Source of the DNA: a virus
Reading direction: 5' to 3' (one strand)
IMG/VR virus record: IMGVR_UViG_3300032235_000647
Span: 32,001-96,000 of that record
DNA: 64,000 nt
Shown in pieces: positions 21,481 through 28,439 of this stretch (the first letter of the stretch is position 1; the number at the start of each line of letters is the position of its first letter). Both the position numbers and the translations under genes were made by a program. The notes under the pieces are model-generated. The model did not search any database, was not told the DNA's origin, and saw only the letters and a program-made list of their open reading frames with translations.

Positions 21481-21702
21481 TTATTTCAATTTATAGGAGA
21501 ATAATGTACCACAATCATCATCATCCAAACTATCCTCCACAACGGTAATCGTATCACCAATTATGGATTGAAGTTTATTTACATCTACTCGTTTCCAATA
21601 TCCAAATCGGAGAAACATCCGAGTAGTACCAACTACATTATCTACTTTGTACTCACCGAATTCGGCTTGGATTTGTTCGTGGAGAAGGGAAGAAATATTC
21701 AT
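21481..21702 (-). CDS. Hypothetical small (early) protein
   Basis: 73-aa ORF directly downstream of promoter repeat 1. Confidence 0.65.
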   Translation of the reverse strand: MNISSLLHEQIQAEFGEYKVDNVVGTTRMFLRFGYWKRVDVNKLQSIIGDTITVVEDSLDDDDCGTLFSYKLK

Positions 21703-21739
21703 AATTTTAGAGGTTAGGGGTTTAATTTTTATTACTTAA

Positions 21740-21771
21740 CAAATATATAAAAAAGACCTGAATAATCCAAG
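21740..21771 (-). promoter_or_regulatory. Bacteroidetes-type sigma70 promoter, repeat 1
   Basis: CTTG-N20-TATATTTG on the minus strand (consensus TTTG-N19-21-TAnnTTTG), with an overlapping inverted repeat aaaagac/gtctttt. Confidence 0.8.
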
Positions 21772-21788
21772 TCTTTTCGAAAATATTT

Positions 21789-21998
21789 TTAATATTTTTT
21801 TGCTGATTCAAGGTGTAGTAGTATTGTTTTTAATCCACCTTTTAGATATCCCGCCTCAAATGCCAGTTGAGACATCAATTCAGGAGAATGTTCCTTAGAA
21901 GCAGGTTCGGCCTCAGTCAAGGTAGAGTGGATTGTAGATTCAATCGAATTAACTAATTCAATTAGTTGGGCTTTGGTGTAAGTTCGGTAATTATACAT
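21789..21998 (-). CDS. Hypothetical small (early) protein
   Basis: 69-aa ORF with AACCCC upstream. Confidence 0.6.
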   Translation of the reverse strand: MYNYRTYTKAQLIELVNSIESTIHSTLTEAEPASKEHSPELMSQLAFEAGYLKGGLKTILLHLESAKKY

Positions 21999-22018
21999 AT
22001 TGTTTAGGGGTTTAAAGG

Positions 22019-22258
22019 TTAAACATCAGCAGATGCCAACCAGAGGTCATAAATAACATTATATTCAGTAGTAGTAATTTCGGATAAGTTCCAAAATACT
22101 CGTTCTCTAATCAAACTATCACTTACTCCGATGTATTCGTACACATCTTCGTAGTTATTCAAAACCCTAACCAAACCATCAAAAGTGGCACTAGGGTTAA
22201 TTTCATTACCCAATTCATCTGTTGGGAAGTTTGCGAGGTAGTATTCTCTGATATTCAT
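22019..22258 (-). CDS. Hypothetical small (early) protein, 79 aa
   Basis: Start moved to the ATG at 22258 (MNIREYY), because the track's longer start lies inside promoter repeat 2. Confidence 0.65.
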   Translation of the reverse strand: MNIREYYLANFPTDELGNEINPSATFDGLVRVLNNYEDVYEYIGVSDSLIRERVFWNLSEITTTEYNVIYDLWLASADV

Positions 22259-22292
22259 ATTTTTAAGTTTTAGTGTCTCTCTCATTACAGAA

Positions 22293-22324
22293 CTAAAATA
22301 CAAAGAAAAGCCTAGAATTCCAAA
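22293..22324 (-). promoter_or_regulatory. Bacteroidetes-type promoter, repeat 2
   Basis: TTTG-N20-TATTTTAG with a conserved AT-rich upstream block. Confidence 0.75.
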
Positions 22325-22359
22325 TGTTTAGGAAAATATTTTTAAATTATTTTTAAAAT

Positions 22360-22452
22360 AAAAACCCACCACACTTGAGACCGAGAGAGAGAGAGTTAGT
22401 GTGTGGTGGGTGACCCAGGATGGATACTTTATATAGGAGAGAATGGTCTCAA
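22360..22452 (-). other. Structured RNA element: 11-bp stem plus possible 8-bp pseudoknot, ending in a T-run
   Basis: acccaccacac (22364-22374) pairs with gtgtggtgggt (22401-22411). The loop segment ttgagacc (22375-22382) is complementary to ggtctcaa (22445-22452). Confidence 0.45.
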
Positions 22453-22489
22453 AAAATAGGAGAACCTTGTATATCGCTAGAGTAGCATC

Positions 22490-22702
22490 TCAATCGCGAT
22501 AAGGGTTTTGTGGATGTGATTCCTTTGATGATTTTCCTATCATCATTACCAATACGAAACTGATAAGAGAACTCACCACCACTACTTCAAATGGGTGTCT
22601 TGCCCCTAACAAGACAATATCCCAGAAGAAGTAGGTGATGGGTTCAATGAAAAGGAGAAAACTAATAAATAAAACCAAGAAAACAAACATCAAATATTTC
22701 AT
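22490..22702 (-). CDS. Small membrane protein (two predicted TM helices)
   Basis: Two hydrophobic stretches; AACCCCC upstream. Confidence 0.6.
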   Translation of the reverse strand: MKYLMFVFLVLFISFLLFIEPITYFFWDIVLLGARHPFEVVVVSSLISFVLVMMIGKSSKESHPQNPYRD

Positions 22703-22715
22703 ATCGTATAGGGGG

Positions 22716-22889
22716 TTATTTTTTTCTATTTCTTAATTGCAGTATAAGTTGGTATCCATCAAACTCGGCCTCTTTAAGAGAGAATCCATTTTGTAAGTTC
22801 ATCAATCTAGTTGATTCGTAGATTTTTCGTTCTTCAGGAGTCAATGACGCGAAGAATTCAAAGTTGGGGGAGTTGTTGTTAGTACTCAT
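22716..22889 (-). CDS. Hypothetical 57-aa protein (not in the ORF track)
   Basis: MSTNNNSPNFEFFASLTPEERKIYESTRLMNLQNGFSLKEAEFDGYQLILQLRNRKK; tight packing and AACCCC upstream. Confidence 0.6.
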   Translation of the reverse strand: MSTNNNSPNFEFFASLTPEERKIYESTRLMNLQNGFSLKEAEFDGYQLILQLRNRKK

Positions 22890-22890
22890 G

Positions 22891-23010
22891 TTATGAGGGG
22901 TTGATTAGTTCGTATTCAGTATAGGGTTCTAGTATCCCTGATTCATTTAATCGGTTCTTGGTGATTTCTCTAACCCAGCCGAGTCCGTTGATGTAGAAGG
23001 TGTCTTTCAT
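22891..23010 (-). CDS. Hypothetical 39-aa protein (not in the ORF track)
   Basis: MKDTFYINGLGWVREITKNRLNESGILEPYTEYELINPS; first ORF after promoter repeat 3. Confidence 0.5.
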   Translation of the reverse strand: MKDTFYINGLGWVREITKNRLNESGILEPYTEYELINPS

Positions 23011-23032
23011 ATCTTTATCTCTTATTACAATA

Positions 23033-23064
23033 CTAATGTACGAAACTTTGCCGAGTATTCCAAA
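23033..23064 (-). promoter_or_regulatory. Bacteroidetes-type promoter, repeat 3
   Basis: TTTG-N20-TACATTAG followed by the conserved GTAATAAGAGATAA. Confidence 0.75.
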
Positions 23065-23086
23065 TGTTTTAGGAATTATTTTTAGA

Positions 23087-23236
23087 TTATTTACTTTCTT
23101 TTATTTTATCAATGAACTTTCTCATCGCTTCATGTATTCTTTGGACAGGGTACGGACCTTGTTCTGTCTCATCCCATAGTTGCCAGTCTTCATACGTGAT
23201 ATAATAAAATTCTTCAAGTTGCTCTATAATATTCAT
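23087..23236 (-). CDS. Hypothetical 49-aa protein (not in the ORF track)
   Basis: MNIIEQLEEFYYITYEDWQLWDETEQGPYPVQRIHEAMRKFIDKIKESK; starts 3 nt after the previous stop. Confidence 0.55.
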   Translation of the reverse strand: MNIIEQLEEFYYITYEDWQLWDETEQGPYPVQRIHEAMRKFIDKIKESK

Positions 23237-23239
23237 ATC

Positions 23240-23404
23240 TTATCCTTTTAAACTTATTGTTAAATCAAACTGCTTTTGAATAAAATAATCTAACTTGTGA
23301 TGGATATGGTCTATTTCTCTAATATCGCCACTCTTTACGGCATCCATTAATTTATAAGTCCAATATTCAATTTTACTCATATAACCATTTTCGTAAGTCT
23401 TCAT
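23240..23404 (-). CDS. Hypothetical 54-aa protein (not in the ORF track)
   Basis: MKTYENGYMSKIEYWTYKLMDAVKSGDIREIDHIHHKLDYFIQKQFDLTISLKG; starts 1 nt after the previous stop. Confidence 0.6.
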   Translation of the reverse strand: MKTYENGYMSKIEYWTYKLMDAVKSGDIREIDHIHHKLDYFIQKQFDLTISLKG

Positions 23405-23405
23405 A

Positions 23406-23555
23406 TTAATTCAATCCTAGTGTCCAAACTCCTTCTTCCATTTGATTGACGAAGTGTCTTCTCGTCATTACTCTTTCTACTCCATTAGGGAATAGAACCA
23501 AGACCATAGAGTGGCCGTTGTAGAGCCAGTGTCGGGTGATGTGTGGTTGTGTCAT
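23406..23555 (-). CDS. Hypothetical 49-aa protein (not in the ORF track)
   Basis: MTQPHITRHWLYNGHSMVLVLFPNGVERVMTRRHFVNQMEEGVWTLGLN; first ORF after promoter repeat 4, AACCCC upstream. Confidence 0.55.
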   Translation of the reverse strand: MTQPHITRHWLYNGHSMVLVLFPNGVERVMTRRHFVNQMEEGVWTLGLN

Positions 23556-23585
23556 ATCTTTTAGGGGTTATCTCTTATTACTTTA

Positions 23586-23617
23586 TAAATGTAGTAAAAA
23601 AACCTGAATAATCCTAG
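23586..23617 (-). promoter_or_regulatory. Bacteroidetes-type promoter, repeat 4 (degenerate)
   Basis: CTAG-N20-TACATTTA; spacer and flanks nearly identical to repeat 1 (aaaagactaggattattcagg). Confidence 0.6.
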
Positions 23618-23635
23618 TCTTTTACCAAATATTTT

Positions 23636-23914
23636 TTAATCTACTGGATAAAATTTTACACTCAATATTACTTCGGCCGGCTTGGTTGCCAATACTGTCT
23701 CCACATACTTATTAGCCCGTTCTCTTGCACCAAAGTGTCCAAACTCCATTACATCAAAAAATTTCAGATTTACTTTGTACAATTTTTTAGGAAATCTACC
23801 ATCACCATAGTATACTCTGGTCTCTATCTTCTCTCGTTTTACATTAGGAAGTTTCATTAGAGAAGTGATTTTATTAGAGGAAGCAGATACGGAGAAGAAA
23901 TCAAAATCGTTCAT
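23636..23914 (-). CDS. Hypothetical small (early) protein
   Basis: 92-aa ORF after promoter repeat 5, AACCC upstream. Confidence 0.65.
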   Translation of the reverse strand: MNDFDFFSVSASSNKITSLMKLPNVKREKIETRVYYGDGRFPKKLYKVNLKFFDVMEFGHFGARERANKYVETVLATKPAEVILSVKFYPVD

Positions 23915-23951
23915 ATTAGTAAGGGTTTAAGGTTTATCTCTTATTACAATA

Positions 23952-23983
23952 CTAATATAGGTAAAAAAACCCGTAATTCCAAG
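23952..23983 (-). promoter_or_regulatory. Bacteroidetes-type promoter, repeat 5
   Basis: CTTG-N20-TATATTAG followed by TATTGTAATAAGAGATAA. Confidence 0.75.
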
Positions 23984-24016
23984 TCTTTTTGAAAATATTT
24001 AAAAAAAAAAAGATAT

Positions 24017-24044
24017 AAAAAAAAGGGATGATTTCTCATCCCTT
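24017..24044 (-). terminator. Rho-independent terminator insulating the early island
   Basis: Minus strand AAGGGATGA-gaaa-TCATCCCTT followed by a T-run. Confidence 0.85.
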
Positions 24045-24064
24045 GATTAGTATTTTTTATTTTA

Positions 24065-24913
24065 TTATGGGCAACTACCAGTAGCTACAATTAATCCACT
24101 ACCACTTACTTGATAATAAACAGAACCTGTGGCATAAAAACCATCAACTGCAGGATTCCATGCATCTGAATTTTGATATAGTTTATTACCAACTTGTAGA
24201 TTTGAACCCGATATAATATAGTATGAACCAAAAGCATCACCATTACATATATTAGCTTCAAGTGCTTCGTATGCCATTGTAAACATAGTATGATTACCAT
24301 TGGTAACATCAAATGTCCAACCTCTTCCATTAAGAACAAAAAGTGATGCTCTTCCTACTTGTCCTGGTGCAGAGTTTGTTCCAGTAGTATTATTTTCAAG
24401 ACCAACATATCCATTTGAAACACTACCACTAGCTAATTCTAAAAGAATATTATCTACTGCGGTTTGTGAAAATCCACAATCATTTAATGTTACTTCATTT
24501 CCATTATCACCTATTGGTTGATTTCTTGATATTATTAATTCGGTTAATCCTAAATTACCACTAAAATCAATGTATTCTAATGAAGGTAAATTAGATATAT
24601 CTACCGAACCTACTAACCCACATTGGTCGAAATCTATATATGTTAAAGAAGTACAATCTGATAAATCAGGAAATCCTGCTGAAAGGTCGTTATCATCTAA
24701 ATAAAGTGTTTCTAATGATGTACATCCACTTAAATTAACCGATACGGGGGAATTAGTACTACTTCCTGGTAAATCATTATCACTCAAATCTACAATAGTA
24801 AGTGATGATAATCCAGATAAATCAACAGATGTTAAACTATTGTAATCTGCTCTAAATTGTTGTATATTTGTTAGGTTTTGAAGGCCTGTAAATGAAGTTA
24901 TTGTTGCTCCCAT
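24065..24913 (-). CDS. Leucine-rich-repeat protein, possible virion decoration
   Basis: LxxLxLxxN repeats (LSSLTIVDLSDN, LETLYLDDN, LEYIDFSGN). Confidence 0.75.
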   Translation of the reverse strand: MGATITSFTGLQNLTNIQQFRADYNSLTSVDLSGLSSLTIVDLSDNDLPGSSTNSPVSVNLSGCTSLETLYLDDNDLSAGFPDLSDCTSLTYIDFDQCGLVGSVDISNLPSLEYIDFSGNLGLTELIISRNQPIGDNGNEVTLNDCGFSQTAVDNILLELASGSVSNGYVGLENNTTGTNSAPGQVGRASLFVLNGRGWTFDVTNGNHTMFTMAYEALEANICNGDAFGSYYIISGSNLQVGNKLYQNSDAWNPAVDGFYATGSVYYQVSGSGLIVATGSCP

Positions 24914-24925
24914 AATATTTTATTT

Positions 24926-25384
24926 TTAATCGTCTCCGTTAAATTCTAATTGAGTTACCACACTTATATCATCAAAACATAATCTAACAGTATATTCCGT
25001 ATCAGAATCTGCGTAAGTATGATTTATTTCAAGTTGATTTACACCATCTACTTCACCAGTTTCAGTTTCACCATCACCCCATGTTATTGTGTAATTGGTT
25101 GGTGCAGATGTGTTAATCCAAAATCTACATTCAGTTCCATCGGTTGTGTTGTTTACGAATTCAATACATCCAGAAGGTAACCCTTGTTGGATAACTGTAG
25201 CAACTGCACTACCAGCAGAACTTGGTACAACTTGTTGTTGAACAAGTAATTGTTGTGTTAAATATACCTCGTGTATCAAATTTTGATTGTAAATTTCATA
25301 CTCAATTAATTGTCTACTAAGAGGTAATTGGGCGATATGTGGTAGGCTAGAAAACTGATGCCACGAAAGTCCATTTATTATCAT
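24926..25384 (-). CDS. PKD/Ig-like domain protein
   Basis: YTITWGDG...HTY...YTVRL, the PKD signature. Confidence 0.7.
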   Translation of the reverse strand: MIINGLSWHQFSSLPHIAQLPLSRQLIEYEIYNQNLIHEVYLTQQLLVQQQVVPSSAGSAVATVIQQGLPSGCIEFVNNTTDGTECRFWINTSAPTNYTITWGDGETETGEVDGVNQLEINHTYADSDTEYTVRLCFDDISVVTQLEFNGDD

Positions 25385-25436
25385 ATATTGTGTGTTTTAA
25401 AGATATAAGTATAAATATCATCCATACTAATTTAAC

Positions 25437-25467
25437 AAAAAAAAGGGAGAACTTTCGCTCTCCCTCT
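25437..25467 (-). terminator. Rho-independent terminator
   Basis: Minus strand AGGGAGAGC-gaaa-GTTCTCCCT followed by a T-run. Confidence 0.8.
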
Positions 25468-25485
25468 AATTTATTATTTCACTCT

Positions 25486-26019
25486 TTATATATTTGAAAT
25501 TATTTGATTTATTTTTTCAGAATACAGCGGATGGTTTTTATATTGAATAAGCAAATTATGATAAAATTCTAATTTATCTTCAATCCGTTGTCCATACGGT
25601 TGAGAAGTATCCCATAATTCTAAATTTTCTATTCTATTATCGGTTTTTATACCATTTCTGTGATGTATGTTCTGATTTTTAGTAAGTGTAACTCCATAAT
25701 ACTCTTCATACACAACTCTATGTTCTAGTTTACCTCTATTTTTACCATGTTTTATCACATTATAACCTCTACTACTGATACTACCATTACCACCTTTCCA
25801 TCCAAAGTTATTTGAACCACTCATGCGTTCTTTGGCAACCTCTTTATTATAACATCCACATGATTTTACAATACCTCGTGTTAAATCTGATGTTAGATGT
25901 GTTTTAATCGTACCACACTCACAAACACACTCCCATTTCTTTTGTTTTCTACCATTGTTGGTAATCCAAACTGGTTTGATAACCTTAAATCTATTAAATT
26001 GTTTGTTAGTTAAATCCAT
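25486..26019 (-). CDS. HNH homing endonuclease
   Basis: WECVCECG...SCGC zinc motif and EHRVV...IHHRNGIKTDNRIENLEL HNH motif. Confidence 0.9.
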   Translation of the reverse strand: MDLTNKQFNRFKVIKPVWITNNGRKQKKWECVCECGTIKTHLTSDLTRGIVKSCGCYNKEVAKERMSGSNNFGWKGGNGSISSRGYNVIKHGKNRGKLEHRVVYEEYYGVTLTKNQNIHHRNGIKTDNRIENLELWDTSQPYGQRIEDKLEFYHNLLIQYKNHPLYSEKINQIISNI

Positions 26020-26023
26020 ATAA

Positions 26024-26054
26024 CTAATATACGATTTTTTTAGCAGTTTTCAAA
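26024..26054 (-). promoter_or_regulatory. Bacteroidetes-type promoter giving a near-leaderless HNH transcript
   Basis: TTTG-N19-TATATTAG ending 4 nt before the ATG at 26019. Confidence 0.55.
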
Positions 26055-26059
26055 ATATT

Positions 26060-26701
26060 TCACCATTTTTTTCTATTTTCTTCCCAAGTAATCATTCGTA
26101 AGTTTTCCATCTTGCCTATTTCATCTGCAGGTATTCCTTTTTCCCAGCCATCATTTATAGAAACAACATGGTCTATTTGATATGCTCCTATTACACCATT
26201 CCTACCCCGTTTATCAAAGTTTGGTAATGTTGTTAAATCATTTCTATAAGTATATTTCCAAACTTCTCTCTTGTAAAATTGTTTTTTGGGATATTTTTCT
26301 ACATATTCATCCCACGATGAGAAACCTGCTTTAGTTGCTCTCATTTGTTTAATATGTTCTTCAGTTATATTATTGATAAATGTTTTACCATATTTAATTG
26401 TTGCACAAGATATGCATAATTTCTTACCTCGTATTCCATTATCTCTACTCTTTTCAGATATATGGTAAATTTTAGTATCACATGATGGGCAAAATCTGTG
26501 AAATGGTTTGTTTATTTCATTCAATTTATTTCGTAAATGAGGTTTCCATCCCAATTCCATTTTTTTGTGAACAATCTTGCTATTTTGTTCTGATTGACAC
26601 GATTTACATTTAGAATTTCTCTTTTTTGCATTATACCAACTTCTTTTATTGGTATATTCAATTTCACTATTACAAATAGGACAATTTCTTATATTTGTCA
26701 T
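26060..26701 (-). CDS. Putative HNH-type homing endonuclease with N-terminal zinc ribbons
   Basis: CPIC/CKSC and CPSC/CISC pairs; C-terminal IDHVVS...ENLRMITWEENRKK. Confidence 0.7.
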   Translation of the reverse strand: MTNIRNCPICNSEIEYTNKRSWYNAKKRNSKCKSCQSEQNSKIVHKKMELGWKPHLRNKLNEINKPFHRFCPSCDTKIYHISEKSRDNGIRGKKLCISCATIKYGKTFINNITEEHIKQMRATKAGFSSWDEYVEKYPKKQFYKREVWKYTYRNDLTTLPNFDKRGRNGVIGAYQIDHVVSINDGWEKGIPADEIGKMENLRMITWEENRKKW

Positions 26702-26735
26702 ACTACCTCTTTTCTATGTATTTACATATAAATAT

Positions 26736-26767
26736 AAAAAAAAAGAGGGAAACCGAAATTTCCCTCT
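26736..26767 (-). terminator. Rho-independent terminator of the major capsid gene
   Basis: Minus strand AGAGGGAAAT-ttcg-GTTTCCCTCT followed by a T-run. Confidence 0.85.
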
Positions 26768-26798
26768 AATTTTACTAAGAATATTTACTCTAAATAGA

Positions 26799-28415
26799 TT
26801 ATACTAAAGCTAAATCTTTAACATAAATCTTACCATAGAATTCAGGACGAACCATCTTCTTAGCGTAACGAGTCATTACCCCGCGTCTTGGAGTAAAGTT
26901 AGTTGGATCGTACACTAATGGAGTCATAATCAATGGAACGTAAGGAGCGTATACAGCACCAGTCTCAAGGAAGTTAGAACCTTTGAAACCTAACAAAATC
27001 TCGTTAGATGTCATGTAAGGGTTCTTGTAAACAGTATATCTGTTTGCCATTGAACCAACTTGAGAAACACCAGCAGCAAACTGCATAGCATCTTTATCAG
27101 CATTTACCATGAATCCTGGGATTGATTCCAAGATAGTAGCTACATCTGGAGATACTACAACGAAGTTAGCACCACCACGAAGAGTTAATTGGTGAATCTT
27201 GTTAGATACTTTGTTCAACTTAGCACCAAGAGTTTGGAACCAAGTGTTCTTAGTGTAAGCAGCAGCGTTAGTACCAGCTACCCAAGTAGAACCATTCCAC
27301 TCTTCACCCAATGTTGCTGACCAGTACTCAGTAGTCAAAGCGTTAGCCTTCAACATATCAAGGATTTCAAGGTCAATCTCCAAAGAGATGTACTCTGACA
27401 ACATTGAAGTTAATTCAGCTTCTGCATCGATTGAGTGGTAAGCGTTCAAATCTTGAGCAAGTTCAGGAGTCCAAACTGCCTTCAACTTACGAGTCTTGGC
27501 TACGATAGCCTCAGAACGAAGTTCCAAATCAACTTCAGGAATACCTAAATCAGTTGCTGGTTCAGTTGGGTTAGCATCTTCGAAATCACCTCTTGTGTTA
27601 GCAGTTGGCTGCTTAGCATAAGTAATAGCGATTGAAGAAGTTGCGTTAGTTAAAGAAGTAACTTTTGCATAGAATACTGCAGAAGTTCCAGATAAATCAG
27701 AGTGAGCTGGGTAGAAAGTATCAGCTGCAGAGAATGCAGATGAAGAGATGTAAAATGCCTTAACACCTTCTAAATCAGCAGAAGTAAAGTTACCAGCCTG
27801 AGGGATAGTAATTTTAGCCAAAGTAGAGTTAGCTACTGAAGATGACAAAGAAGCATCAAATCCAACTTCTAACCAAGATGCAGTTGCAACAGTATAAGAA
27901 CCAGAAGCAATAGTTGCAGCTGATTCGTTGATAGTGTATGCAAATCTACCATCACCATAAAGACCGTTTACAGCAGCCTTAGTTCTACCGAAGTCACCAT
28001 TGAATGCTGATGTACCATTACCACCGAAAAGTGATTTTCCAGAGAATGCAGGATTAGAGGCTACAGCAGTACCATACTTGAAATCAAGATAGAAAATAAG
28101 ACCAGATGGAAGGTTCATTGGTTGAACTGAAACGAATTCTTTCGCTGCAATTTCACCAAAGATTCTTCTTACCAATGGAAGGGCTACGCCAGACCATTCT
28201 TCAGAACCTGCAGAGGTTCCGGTAGCAGTAGCTTCGTCAAGCAATTGTTTTGCTTGGTTTTCCAAAAGAACTGCGATTTGAGATTGCTCTCTAGATTTTA
28301 AACCTTCAAGAAGTCCAGTTTTTGCCCACTTAGCTTGTAACTGACGAGTTTCAGCCAACATTACTTGTTGTGGGTTCTTTCCTTCCATTAGTTTAGATAA
28401 ATTAAAATTTGCCAT
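26799..28415 (-). CDS. gp23: Major capsid protein, T4 gp23-like
   Basis: KWAKTGLLEGL, VSVQPMNLPSGLIFYL, AKTRKLKAVWTPELAQDLNAYHSIDAEAEL, YAPYVPL and PRRGVMTRY; strong codon bias; AGGAG at 28429-28425. Confidence 0.97.
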   Translation of the reverse strand: MANFNLSKLMEGKNPQQVMLAETRQLQAKWAKTGLLEGLKSREQSQIAVLLENQAKQLLDEATATGTSAGSEEWSGVALPLVRRIFGEIAAKEFVSVQPMNLPSGLIFYLDFKYGTAVASNPAFSGKSLFGGNGTSAFNGDFGRTKAAVNGLYGDGRFAYTINESAATIASGSYTVATASWLEVGFDASLSSSVANSTLAKITIPQAGNFTSADLEGVKAFYISSSAFSAADTFYPAHSDLSGTSAVFYAKVTSLTNATSSIAITYAKQPTANTRGDFEDANPTEPATDLGIPEVDLELRSEAIVAKTRKLKAVWTPELAQDLNAYHSIDAEAELTSMLSEYISLEIDLEILDMLKANALTTEYWSATLGEEWNGSTWVAGTNAAAYTKNTWFQTLGAKLNKVSNKIHQLTLRGGANFVVVSPDVATILESIPGFMVNADKDAMQFAAGVSQVGSMANRYTVYKNPYMTSNEILLGFKGSNFLETGAVYAPYVPLIMTPLVYDPTNFTPRRGVMTRYAKKMVRPEFYGKIYVKDLALV

Positions 28416-28439
28416 TTTTATTGTCTCCTAATGTTTTGT

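Noticed and set aside
22259-22303. Longer start for the 22019 ORF
   Set aside because: The upstream TTG start overlaps the promoter -7 element and so would not be transcribed from it.
22360-22500. tRNA gene in the GC-rich intergenic stretch
   Set aside because: No cloverleaf or T-loop GTTCRA was found by eye on either strand. tRNAscan-SE would settle it.
21720-24000. Repeats in the small-ORF island as a CRISPR array
   Set aside because: The copies are degenerate, hundreds of bp apart, separated by ORFs and match a promoter consensus; no cas genes are present.
24106-24339. Alternative-frame minus-strand ORFs (24106..24339 and 47506..47688)
   Set aside because: They are nested within well-supported longer genes and have no initiation signals or recognisable motifs.
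24914-24928. Stop-codon readthrough fusing the PKD and LRR genes
   Set aside because: The genes are in frame, but the 12-nt spacer contains a second in-frame TAA (TAA AAA TAA AAT ATT ATG).
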